A stretch of DNA of 28,553 nucleotides, taken from positions 1 to 28,553 of the IMG/VR virus record IMGVR_UViG_3300043446_001720; one strand, given 5' to 3'. Position numbers and translations under genes: made by a program. This document shows positions 19,201 to 26,336 of the stretch, in pieces (position 1 is the stretch's first letter; every line of letters starts with the position of its first letter). The notes below the pieces were generated by a model. It was not told where the DNA came from. It worked only from the letters and a program-made list of their open reading frames with translations, and did no database searches. This stretch comes from a virus (Duplodnaviria > Caudoviricetes).

Positions 19201-20005
19201 ATGATCCATAGACAATCGGAATTCCTGCATTTTTAGCAGAAAGAGTTTTTTGTTTTGACAGATAAAAACCTTTGGATGAATCAAGACCGTATGCATTTGC
19301 AGGAACTGCATATACACCACTTGTTGTAGATAGTGCAATATCAGACTGTTCTGATAATGATTGAACATTTACGCCCAGTGATGTGGCATTAAATTCTTCT
19401 GACCATTGCCCTAGGGAAAGTCCATTGACTAAAAATTCATAGACTTCTGCACTATTTTTTGACTTTATATATTTTATATTTATAACTGGTCTAAAGAAAA
19501 TATTATCATGGAACGGTATGTCAAATGTTTCAGATAAAAACATCCATCTATCTGATATTGGTGTATCAAAGTTTTTGTATTTGTATACCAGACCACCAGA
19601 TGCTTCATCTATGTACTCAAACCCTATTTCCACTGACGAAATATAGTCAGCTAATGAATATATGTAGGCACCCATGGACACGGTTTTCATATATTCATCA
19701 AGTTCGTTAAATCCAACAATGTGGTTACTTATAAATTTTATATTTCCTGTTTTTCCAGTTGGTGTCGGTGCTGTAATCTTAAAAGTATTACTATTTGGAA
19801 ATGGTTCGCCAACAATGTCTGTTATTGTTTCGACATATGTATTGCTTTGTTTTTTTGTTGATCCAATATATGCCGTCCATTGAGATAGGTCACGATCTTC
19901 TTCTGTAACCAAAGAAATATAGTCCAAGGTCTCGTCTAGTGACCATAGTGATATTGGATGTTCTGAGAATACCTTTTCGGCATATAAATTTGACGGATTA
20001 GTCAT
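16232..20005 (-). CDS. Large LamG/ConA-like beta-sandwich protein, putative minor structural protein (1257 aa)
   Basis: N-terminal YAEKVFSEHPISLWSLDE, YTFEMWLR and ATVLVNGEEV, and later KLYVGG...FTGKI, are LamG-type motifs; aromatic- and beta-rich. Confidence 0.6.
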   Translation of the reverse strand: MTNPSNLYAEKVFSEHPISLWSLDETLDYISLVTEEDRDLSQWTAYIGSTKKQSNTYVETITDIVGEPFPNSNTFKITAPTPTGKTGNIKFISNHIVGFNELDEYMKTVSMGAYIYSLADYISSVEIGFEYIDEASGGLVYKYKNFDTPISDRWMFLSETFDIPFHDNIFFRPVINIKYIKSKNSAEVYEFLVNGLSLGQWSEEFNATSLGVNVQSLSEQSDIALSTTSGVYAVPANAYGLDSSKGFYLSKQKTLSAKNAGIPIVYGSSNVTTLLDNGDLPSLVIPGHGFLNESGRYKTYTFEMWLRVNGNTTTSTRIFGPISSRDGLYMDGPFLKFVIGSQEAYHYIGEWFRPILLHIRFSESLATVLVNGEEVFSIKLIDSLTFPSKLNSLGKDQDFLGLYSSSEIYPFDIDCIAIYPYLVQSDVAKRRYVYGQGVEFPENINTAYSGTSVFIDYPFANYANDYSYPKNGKWNQGILENLGIENNTLSTPNYALPNIVFNNRNTSDWSTAIKTLPPESDKYVLMKPNNSWSETDGYILFNNINILKENMSSVYGVFKITERPEELEKQVLMLLYDDVTKNYFSVSVGHSKISYDLYQNNIAQNIYESDLYAMNDQFIAGIDIDRFSNYYGKDVSSFFGNRSSLKLYVGGTKEFSNTFTGKIYSINISTERNLNKISYLFDERGVPVDFENVFDLYSGDVQYDATGQSFYDFGTENDLAFWKYVIDGGDPYSFATTTVLNHTASYTMFVSSNEAGESVLDIAVDSYWEDYLPLSYFAKYVDDGNGNKKYDIDFIQFNIDYPAPSKFTESVQEGSWTYQELKNQFSYPIQRDYSSLDNHLFTGFDTYNDLKNKSTKSYTYDTSNSIVRTFVSFQLLSAGANAPQDYFTVTEPTPKDGIILPGPNWLTTKYEVVDNVIIYPPSGIAFDKLAIVTHIDINVKGITDKNIMIRSLQYASQALSVTNTNIIGTRFGTNLKPYKKVGLYFDYKNKNPFSIYKGSTPYLYLTKNSGIQVRGTYDPEINRGISIPINESKAKDFKVIAMQMALRYDQDFFPYSPTEIFEIQSNNSYIKFYMVATHPSGTRAKIYAVNLNTGTLETNIAFYLNGKIVKDPVITIKEWSMLGISFPIVLDFGLKTGALRITGPLVVNTISHYKSTNLQEVQQTATRPWYKVASADTIDLDWIYWDTSFKWQEVLILSRTSYYGVNPSDIYRAYTGTNKVVVDNSLPVGGEDHLRIKMLSYSLYKDVTWQSNIIKAV

Positions 20006-20013
20006 GATAGTCT

Positions 20014-20022
20014 ATTTTACCA
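20014..20022 (-). promoter_or_regulatory. Extended -10 promoter motif TGGTAAAAT, near-leaderless
   Basis: 8 nt upstream of ATG 20005, with no Shine-Dalgarno, directly after a terminator. Confidence 0.55.
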
Positions 20023-20030
20023 CATTAAAG

Positions 20031-20061
20031 AAAAATACCCTGCCAAATAAATGACAGGGTA
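20031..20061 (-). terminator. Intrinsic terminator closing the fibre/Hint/oxygenase unit
   Basis: TACCCTGTCA-TTTATT-TGGCAGGGTA-TTTTT, starting 5 nt after the microprotein stop. Confidence 0.8.
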
Positions 20062-20066
20062 GTTTA

Positions 20067-20204
20067 TTATCTAAAACTCATTTGACTTGAGTGGTCACTT
20101 TTACCTAATCCACACCTTTCACAAGATACAAGTTCAGCTTTAGTAAAAGGACATGTTTTAACATTTATTTTATGACCGACAATTTTGCACAATATTTTTT
20201 TCAC
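20067..20204 (-). CDS. Cys/His microprotein, DUF1660-like putative Zn-binding (45 aa)
   Basis: Below the ORF-track cutoff. GTG start in GTGA overlap with the oxygenase stop; MKKILCKIVGHKINVKTCPFTKAELVSCERCGLGKSDHSSQMSFR; C-x4-H...CxRC pattern; exactly fills the gap up to the terminator. Confidence 0.7.
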   Translation of the reverse strand: MKKILCKIVGHKINVKTCPFTKAELVSCERCGLGKSDHSSQMSFR

Positions 20205-20854
20205 GATAATGGTATCCAATGCTGTTCTGGTATTTCCTTATTGCCAGACAATACTGATAGTGGTATAACGTCATATGCTATTGTTATTCGTGGACCATCC
20301 CAATCCCAGTCTCCCATAGCATGTGGATGTCCCATTTCTGAAACTACAGCACGATTATCTTTATTAATATTTATTTTACGCTCTCTATTGAATATCATAT
20401 AGTGAGTTTCTGATGGTTCAGCTTTTACACAATAATATCCGTGGAAAAACGGTGCTCCAGCAGGTCCATGGTCATGCCAATCAAGCTTTCCATTCCCAGA
20501 CTCATTGATGTTGAACCATCCCTGCAACATGTAATTTTGTTCTTTAAAGTCTATGCCATAATAGTCACATGCCTCATGAATCATTGATGAAACTTCATCA
20601 TATAGTTTTCTGATCTCTGGAACGTGAAATTGGAATACATTGTACTGTTGCCATTTCATTGTTGAAATACTGTTGGATTCTTTCCAAATATCAGTATCTG
20701 TTACTGGCGTAACCCCTCTTAAGGTAGCATTTTTAATGCTATCATATCTTTCTTGAAGTTCTACAGATAGCTTTTCTAAATCATTATTTAAAAAACGTTC
20801 AAAAAATTTATGTGGTTTCGGCAATACGCCAGCAGGATTTTGTTCAATACCCAT
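20201..20854 (-). CDS. 2OG-Fe(II) oxygenase superfamily protein (TIGR02466 / 2OG-FeII_Oxy_5-like)
   Basis: WFNIN...WHDH...FFHGYYCV...HPHAM...RITIAYD matches the HxH...H metal triad and distal Arg of this DSBH family; GGAGA RBS. Confidence 0.75.
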   Translation of the reverse strand: MGIEQNPAGVLPKPHKFFERFLNNDLEKLSVELQERYDSIKNATLRGVTPVTDTDIWKESNSISTMKWQQYNVFQFHVPEIRKLYDEVSSMIHEACDYYGIDFKEQNYMLQGWFNINESGNGKLDWHDHGPAGAPFFHGYYCVKAEPSETHYMIFNRERKININKDNRAVVSEMGHPHAMGDWDWDGPRITIAYDVIPLSVLSGNKEIPEQHWIPLS

Positions 20855-20902
20855 TTTGTCTCCATTCTATATGTATAGTATACACTATAGCATGCTAGAA
20901 GT

Positions 20903-22648
20903 CTACTTGTGACAAACTATTCCACTGGCAATAAAGGTATCTGTATCATCTACACTAATCAGATATACGTCCTGAGTAGCTATCTCAGTATCAATTGTCA
21001 AAATTTCAGTTGAGCGATACCCATTAGAGTCCTTGTCGTACTCCATAAATATATCTCCAACAGAAAGATTAGATACCTGCTCCCAAGCAAAATTCTGATC
21101 GGCTACCTTGGCTAAAATTGGGTGTGATGGTGTGTAAGATTTCTTTTTATCATTATTAATAAAGATAATTTTGTCTGACTGGTTTTTAACAATTTCACGA
21201 ACTGTTCCATTCTTTACAGAAAGGTTTTCTAGCCATTCATATTCTATTCTTGAATTCTCAATGTCAGCTTTAGAATCGTAGTTGTCCCAGATAGGTGATA
21301 CAACAGAATCTCCAACCTTTAGATCTTTAGCTAGTGTTAGTGTTGTTTCACCAGTGTCAGATATAGTTAAAATTTCAGAATTTTCTCCAACACATACAAA
21401 TCCAAAGGCAGCTACTGGAGTAAAGCTAAAGTTTCCATATGGAATGAATCCAAATGGTGTAAATGCAAAGTTTGAATAAACTGGAGTAAATCCAAATGGC
21501 ACAAAACTAAATGGTGTAAATGCAAATGGTGCAAATGCAAATGGTGTAAATGCAAAGTTTGAATAAACTGGAGTAAATCCAAATGGCACAAAACTAAATG
21601 GTGTAAATGCAAAGTTTCCATATGGGGCAAAACCAAAAGGAGTGAAACCAAAGGGGGTAAAACCAAAAGGGGTGAAACCAAAAGGAGTGAATCCAAATGG
21701 GGTGAATCCAAATGGGGTGAATCCGAATGGAGTGAATCCAAAAGGGCTGAAGGCAAAGTTTGTAGTTACTGAATTTGATGTTCCAGCGGCACTAGTTCCA
21801 TTGGCATTTGTAGCTGTTACGCTATAGGTTTGAGCAGTACCCATTTCCTGAGCTATAGATGTTGATGTTGATGCTGTGCTACCAGACTTTCCATCAGATG
21901 ATGTCCAGTTATAAATTGATATAGCTTTTCCACCATCATTAGGTGCAGACCAGGATAGGTTATCTGTTCCTGCCGATGGGGAAGATGCTGAAACACCGTA
22001 TGGTGCACCTGGCACAGTTGTTACTGTTATCATTCCAGAAGTGGTATTTGCTGTACTATCACCATTAGCGTTTCTAGCAATTACTGAAATATAAACACTT
22101 GCATTACTTCCAATTCCACCAACAGTGATTGGAGATGATGCACCAGTATTAGATTGACCGCCAACTCCTCCTCCGATGGTAGCTACATATGCTGTTATTG
22201 ATTTGCCACCGTTTGAAGCTGAAGCATTAAAGTTAATTGTAATTGCACCATCATTAAAAGCTCTATTTGTTCCCACATCTGATGCAGAAATAAAAGTTGG
22301 TGATGATGGAACAGTTGTAACTGTTACAGAAGAAGAAGATGAAGAAGATGCTGAAGTTCCTTTATCGTTGGTCGCAGTAACTGTAAAAGTTGGAGTAGCA
22401 CCAGTTGCAAATCCAGTTATAACGATTGGTGAAGATGAACCAGTTGCAGTTTTTCCATCAGATGCAGTTACTGTATATGATGTTGCTGCTGCAGAGCCTG
22501 ATGGAAGATCAAAAGATACAGATACAGCACCATCATTATAAGCTCTATTAAGTCCAACATCTGTTCCAATTACATTTATTGGTGCTGATGGTTGCAAAAA
22601 GTCATTCTGCTGAAGTGACTTTTTTCCTGCTCTTTTACTTACTGCCAT
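20903..22648 (-). CDS. FN3 x3 - (FxFxP)20 repeat - C-terminal Hint domain protein (581 aa)
   Basis: Three FN3 repeats (P.AP...F/Y.V.A.N..G.S, aa ~20-296), an aromatic pentapeptide array (aa 298-412), and a Hint domain from Cys419 (CVGENSEI, AKDLKVGDSV, TPSHP, VSNLSVGD, VYLISVDDTDTFIASGIVCHK-stop). AGGAGA RBS. Confidence 0.85.
   Translation of the reverse strand: MAVSKRAGKKSLQQNDFLQPSAPINVIGTDVGLNRAYNDGAVSVSFDLPSGSAAATSYTVTASDGKTATGSSSPIVITGFATGATPTFTVTATNDKGTSASSSSSSSVTVTTVPSSPTFISASDVGTNRAFNDGAITINFNASASNGGKSITAYVATIGGGVGGQSNTGASSPITVGGIGSNASVYISVIARNANGDSTANTTSGMITVTTVPGAPYGVSASSPSAGTDNLSWSAPNDGGKAISIYNWTSSDGKSGSTASTSTSIAQEMGTAQTYSVTATNANGTSAAGTSNSVTTNFAFSPFGFTPFGFTPFGFTPFGFTPFGFTPFGFTPFGFTPFGFAPYGNFAFTPFSFVPFGFTPVYSNFAFTPFAFAPFAFTPFSFVPFGFTPVYSNFAFTPFGFIPYGNFSFTPVAAFGFVCVGENSEILTISDTGETTLTLAKDLKVGDSVVSPIWDNYDSKADIENSRIEYEWLENLSVKNGTVREIVKNQSDKIIFINNDKKKSYTPSHPILAKVADQNFAWEQVSNLSVGDIFMEYDKDSNGYRSTEILTIDTEIATQDVYLISVDDTDTFIASGIVCHK
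21401..21757 (-). repeat. Coding 15-bp tandem repeat array (20 F-x-F-x-P units) including a 76-bp exact duplication
   Basis: FAFSP, 7x FGFTP, FGFAP, then variants with YGN/VYSN spacers. Identical 76-bp copies at 21451-21526 and 21538-21613. Confidence 0.92.
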
Positions 22649-22663
22649 TTCATATTCTCCTGA

Positions 22664-25138
22664 TTAAGCTGTTAGGTCTCCGAAAACAACCCAAGTATCT
22701 GTTGCTCTCTTAAATAGTGTAGCAGATGACCACTGTGTGCGTAGCTTAAGTCCTGGTGTGGCATTTACAGTTACTCCAGCAGCTCCTGCTATTGTTACCT
22801 GTCCTGCTCCAGTTTGAAGAATATCAAATGATGTTCCTACTGGATATGCTACTGATGAATTTAACGGAATTGTTAATGTTACGCCAGAGGCTGAGTTTAT
22901 TTCTACAAGCTTATCACGATCAGTCAAGACTGTTGTGTATGCCCCAGTTTGCTGGTTAATTGTAGTTAATGATGGAACACCCTGTTTAGTCTGAGCACCG
23001 TCAGAAAACTCTACTCCACCCAATTTTAGTGTGTCGTATGTGACTGATGTAAAATCAACTACGTTTGAGGTAGGTTCTACACCTCCAGAAATCAACTTCC
23101 ACTTTCCACTATCAGAGGCATCACGAACTAGTCCAGTGTGGAAGTGACCTGGATTTATATCTCCGTATGCACCGTAAATACCGATATCTACTGCGTCAGT
23201 ATCATATTGTGTTGATGATAGATAAATTAGAGAATCTGTGAGTTCTAGATTTGCTGATGAAACTGTTGTAGTTGTACCATTGACAACTAGGTTACCAGAA
23301 ATAGTTAGGTTTTCTGCTGTGGCATTTCCAGTAAGTGCTGGTGCTGCAAGTGGAGCTTTTGCTGCAAGAGCAGAGTCTAGACCAGAAATCTTTGAAGTGG
23401 CAATTGCTGCAGTAGAACTTATATCTCCATTAACAATAGTTCCATCTGCAATCATAGTACTTGTAACAGTTCCAGTATCAGCTGCTGTGATTGCAGTACC
23501 AGAAATCTTTGTTGCAGCAATTGCAGCTGAAGCGTTGATATCTGCGTTAACAATAGTTCCGTCTGCAATCATTGTTGATGTCACAGTTCCTGTATCGGCA
23601 GCAGTAATTGCAGTACCTGCAATTTTTGTAGCAGCAATGGCAGCAGTTGCTGAAATATCAGCATTAACAATAGTTCCATCAAGAATTTTAGCTGAAGTAA
23701 TTGCACCATCTGCTATATCTCCAGCCACAATGGTTCCATCAGCAATCATAGTAGAGGTCACTGTTCCAGTATCAGCTTGAGTTACTGCAGTTCCAGAAAT
23801 CTTAGTTTTTGCAATATCTGCTGTTAAAGATATGTCTCCGTCAACAATTGTTAAATCTGCTATCTTGTCTGAAGTAATTGATCCAGTAGTTACGGCTCCC
23901 GAAAGAACTCCAGATGCCAGCATTGTTGCAGTAACAGTTCCAGTATCTGCTGCTGTGATTGCAGTACCTGCAATTTTTGTAGGATCAATAGCTGCTGAAC
24001 CATTAATGTCAGCATTTACTATGGTGCCATTTGCAATCATAGTGCTAGTTACTGTACCAGTATCTGCTGCTGTAATTGCAGTACCTGCAATTTTTGTAGC
24101 AGCGATGGCTGCTGCACTATTAATGTCAGCATTTACGATAGTTCCATCAAGAATTTTAGCTGAAGTTATAGCTCCGTCAGCTATGTCTCCAGAAACAATT
24201 GTTGCATCCGCAATCTTTGCAGAAGTAATAGTTCCATCAGCGATGTCTCCAGCAACAATAGTTCCATCTGCAATCTTTGCAGAAGTAATAGCACTATCTG
24301 CAACTTTTGCAGAAGTAATTGCTCCGTCAGCTATATTAGTAGATAGAATGGTGACTCCTGCTATTTTTTCAGAAGTTACTGAGCCATCAGCAATGCTTTG
24401 ATTTATTACTCCACCAGTTGCAATCTTATCTGATGTTACTGCATCGTCTGCAATTTTAGCAGTAGTCACAGAACCATCATAAAGTTTGTCTGTTGTTACG
24501 GCATAGTTTGCTATTTTTGCAGTACCTACAGAGCCATCGATAGTTATTCTTTGATTATCTAATCTAGGATCAGAAGTCAATACAAGATCTGCAGTATCAA
24601 GAATACCGTGGACATTTGTAGTGTCTGCTGAGTGAGTTCCGATTGCTGCAGATGAAGACGCATCTGCATATTGCTTTGTTGCCAAGCTTGACATATCTGA
24701 TATTCCGTGAACATTTGATGTTGCTGTCATGTGGGCTGCAAGTTCAGTGTGAGCAGTTGTTGCTACGTCAATATCTGCAGAAATTCTAGCATTACTTTCT
24801 GTAATAATTTTATCATCAAGATAGTCTGAAGCTGTATTTAAACCAGTTACAATTTCATTTAAAGTATTTAGGGTATCTGGTGCACCATCAATTAGATTTC
24901 CAAGCTGGCTTACTGGAATTTGTCCAGATGAATCAAGTGTTGCAATTCCGTTAGCCTGTCCTAGATTTAGGTCTGAAGCATCTTTAAAGTATGAAAGGTT
25001 TGACCAAGTAGTTGATCCATCACCTATTTTAAATTTTCCAGTGTCTGTCTCAAAACCAATTTCGCCTGGGGCTAAAACTGTATTTGCTGCTGTCCATTGA
25101 GAGGCTGTTCCTCTTCTTTGTTGCATTCTAATTGCCAT
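22664..25138 (-). CDS. Fibre-like protein: Mtd_N-like N-terminus, long repeat shaft, C-terminal beta domain (824 aa)
   Basis: ATG 25138 after GGTGGAG. RMQQRRGTASQW...LAPGEIGFETDTGKFKIGDG..W..L.Y; GIATLDSSGQIP; APDTLNTLNEI; two H-x7-HGI motifs; DGxITSAKIA-type decamers. Confidence 0.75.
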   Translation of the reverse strand: MAIRMQQRRGTASQWTAANTVLAPGEIGFETDTGKFKIGDGSTTWSNLSYFKDASDLNLGQANGIATLDSSGQIPVSQLGNLIDGAPDTLNTLNEIVTGLNTASDYLDDKIITESNARISADIDVATTAHTELAAHMTATSNVHGISDMSSLATKQYADASSSAAIGTHSADTTNVHGILDTADLVLTSDPRLDNQRITIDGSVGTAKIANYAVTTDKLYDGSVTTAKIADDAVTSDKIATGGVINQSIADGSVTSEKIAGVTILSTNIADGAITSAKVADSAITSAKIADGTIVAGDIADGTITSAKIADATIVSGDIADGAITSAKILDGTIVNADINSAAAIAATKIAGTAITAADTGTVTSTMIANGTIVNADINGSAAIDPTKIAGTAITAADTGTVTATMLASGVLSGAVTTGSITSDKIADLTIVDGDISLTADIAKTKISGTAVTQADTGTVTSTMIADGTIVAGDIADGAITSAKILDGTIVNADISATAAIAATKIAGTAITAADTGTVTSTMIADGTIVNADINASAAIAATKISGTAITAADTGTVTSTMIADGTIVNGDISSTAAIATSKISGLDSALAAKAPLAAPALTGNATAENLTISGNLVVNGTTTTVSSANLELTDSLIYLSSTQYDTDAVDIGIYGAYGDINPGHFHTGLVRDASDSGKWKLISGGVEPTSNVVDFTSVTYDTLKLGGVEFSDGAQTKQGVPSLTTINQQTGAYTTVLTDRDKLVEINSASGVTLTIPLNSSVAYPVGTSFDILQTGAGQVTIAGAAGVTVNATPGLKLRTQWSSATLFKRATDTWVVFGDLTA
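23380..24540 (-). repeat. Coding repeats: 10-aa DGxV/ITxAKIA units and 39-aa DGTIVNADI...DTGTVTSTMI units
   Basis: More than a dozen decamer units, and five full plus one partial 39-aa units, are visible in the translation. Confidence 0.85.
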
Positions 25139-25139
25139 A

Positions 25140-25889
25140 TTATGCTCCACCGCCGTCTAGGGTTATATCTAAACCATGATTTATTGAGTATACAACTGCG
25201 TCTACGGCACGTTGATCTGTGAAATATTTATTAGTTCCCTCTTCAATATCTGAAGTAGTTAAAGCATTTATTGCTGAAGATATTGCAGAATCTGAGTGAG
25301 AGTTAGCTGAAGATATTGCCTGTGATTTAGCAGTTGCAATTTCTGAAGTAATTGTTGTATGAAGAGCTGTATCTGCAGAAGTAGCAAAAGACTCTGCATC
25401 TGTTTTAGCTGAAGCAACTGTAGATGCTACAGTAACTGCAAAGTTTGGATCATCTCCGATGGCATCTGCAAGTTCTTTCAAGGTGTCTAGTGTACTAGGT
25501 GCAGCATTTACAAGATTAGTAATTGCAGAATCTGTATATCCTTCTGCTGCTGTGATTGCCTCTGATTTGGCGGTAGCAATTTCTGAAGTAATAGTAGTGT
25601 GAAGTGTTGAATCTGCATTAGTTGCAAAAGTTTCTGCAGTTGAAATTGCCTGAGATTTTGCAGTATTTATCGCAGAATTTCTATTAGTAACTTCTGTAGA
25701 AATTTCTCCATCGATATATGATGTAAGATCTTCAACAAAATACTCTAAGTTTAGCCATGTGCTGGTTCCATTTCCAATTTTAAACTTTCCAGTGTCCGAT
25801 TCAAAACCGATTTCACCACTTGCAAGTATTGGATTAATATCTGTCCACTCAGCTGCTGGACTTCTACGCTGTAACATTCTAGTTGCCAT
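25140..25889 (-). CDS. Fibre-like protein with Mtd_N-like N-terminus and coiled coil (249 aa)
   Basis: RMLQRR...W...NPILASGEIGFESDTGKFKIGNG; APSTLDTLKELADAIGDDPNFA; duplicated LHTTITSEIATAKS.AI; AAGGAGA RBS. Confidence 0.75.
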   Translation of the reverse strand: MATRMLQRRSPAAEWTDINPILASGEIGFESDTGKFKIGNGTSTWLNLEYFVEDLTSYIDGEISTEVTNRNSAINTAKSQAISTAETFATNADSTLHTTITSEIATAKSEAITAAEGYTDSAITNLVNAAPSTLDTLKELADAIGDDPNFAVTVASTVASAKTDAESFATSADTALHTTITSEIATAKSQAISSANSHSDSAISSAINALTTSDIEEGTNKYFTDQRAVDAVVYSINHGLDITLDGGGA

Positions 25890-25931
25890 TAAAAACTATC
25901 TCCTTATGGGGGTTTGCCCAATCTTGTTATA

Positions 25932-25940
25932 ATTATACCA
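25932..25940 (-). promoter_or_regulatory. Extended -10 promoter motif TGGTATAAT
   Basis: Intergenic, immediately after the upstream stop; heads the Mtd_N-Mtd_N-Hint run. Confidence 0.6.
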
Positions 25941-26318
25941 TTAATTTAAATAGGTACTTGCCATGCCGCCGTTGAATACTGCTGACCATACACTTGTCAT
26001 TGCATTTCCACCATCTGTATCCATTCTATTAGGAATATCTGTCTGAAGTGCTATATTTAACCAAATTCCATTTAAATAAACTTTTAGCATTACAGCTTCT
26101 GAGTCTAGCCAAAACATTCCATTAAATGGAGATGCAGGATTTTCTGCTTGAACAACTACTCCAGAATTTGAAGAAGATATAACAGAATCTACATAATCTT
26201 TTGTTGCTGCGTGAGAAGGAGCAGTGGGTGCACCAACTTCGACTGGTCCGCCAAAAATACCGCCTTCATTTACAAGCAATCCATTTTTGACTTTAAAGTC
26301 TTTGTTTATTACCTCCAC
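25941..26318 (-). CDS. Small fibre-associated hypothetical protein (125 aa)
   Basis: GTG start after AGGAGGAG. Motifs KDFKVKNGL, PTAPSHAATKDYVD and P...GMFWLDS...LKVY..W are typical of phage fibre modules. Confidence 0.65.
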   Translation of the reverse strand: MEVINKDFKVKNGLLVNEGGIFGGPVEVGAPTAPSHAATKDYVDSVISSSNSGVVVQAENPASPFNGMFWLDSEAVMLKVYLNGIWLNIALQTDIPNRMDTDGGNAMTSVWSAVFNGGMASTYLN

Positions 26319-26336
26319 TGCTCCTCCTTTCTATTA

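Noticed and set aside
20903-21394. Canonical mobile intein
   Set aside because: No C-extein, no terminal Asn/Gln, no endonuclease domain, and not inserted in a conserved enzyme motif.
21401-21757. CRISPR array
   Set aside because: The 15-bp units are contiguous without unique spacers, in frame, and vary at synonymous positions; no cas genes are present.
13064-24401. Alternative-frame and antisense ORFs (13064..13318, 13081..13698, 21412..21756, 21642..21827, 23238..23780, 23832..24401)
   Set aside because: By-products of repetitive or codon-biased real genes; the His/Leu-rich and VKPKG translations are just other frames of the FxFxP array.
22664-25889. Diversity-generating retroelement suggested by Mtd_N-like domains
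   Set aside because: No reverse transcriptase and no template/variable repeat pair differing at adenines were seen in the window; the 76-bp duplication is exact.
25898-25922. Small hairpin (TGGG...CCCA) in the leader of the 249-aa gene
   Set aside because: Stem too short and no U tail; cannot support a regulatory RNA call.
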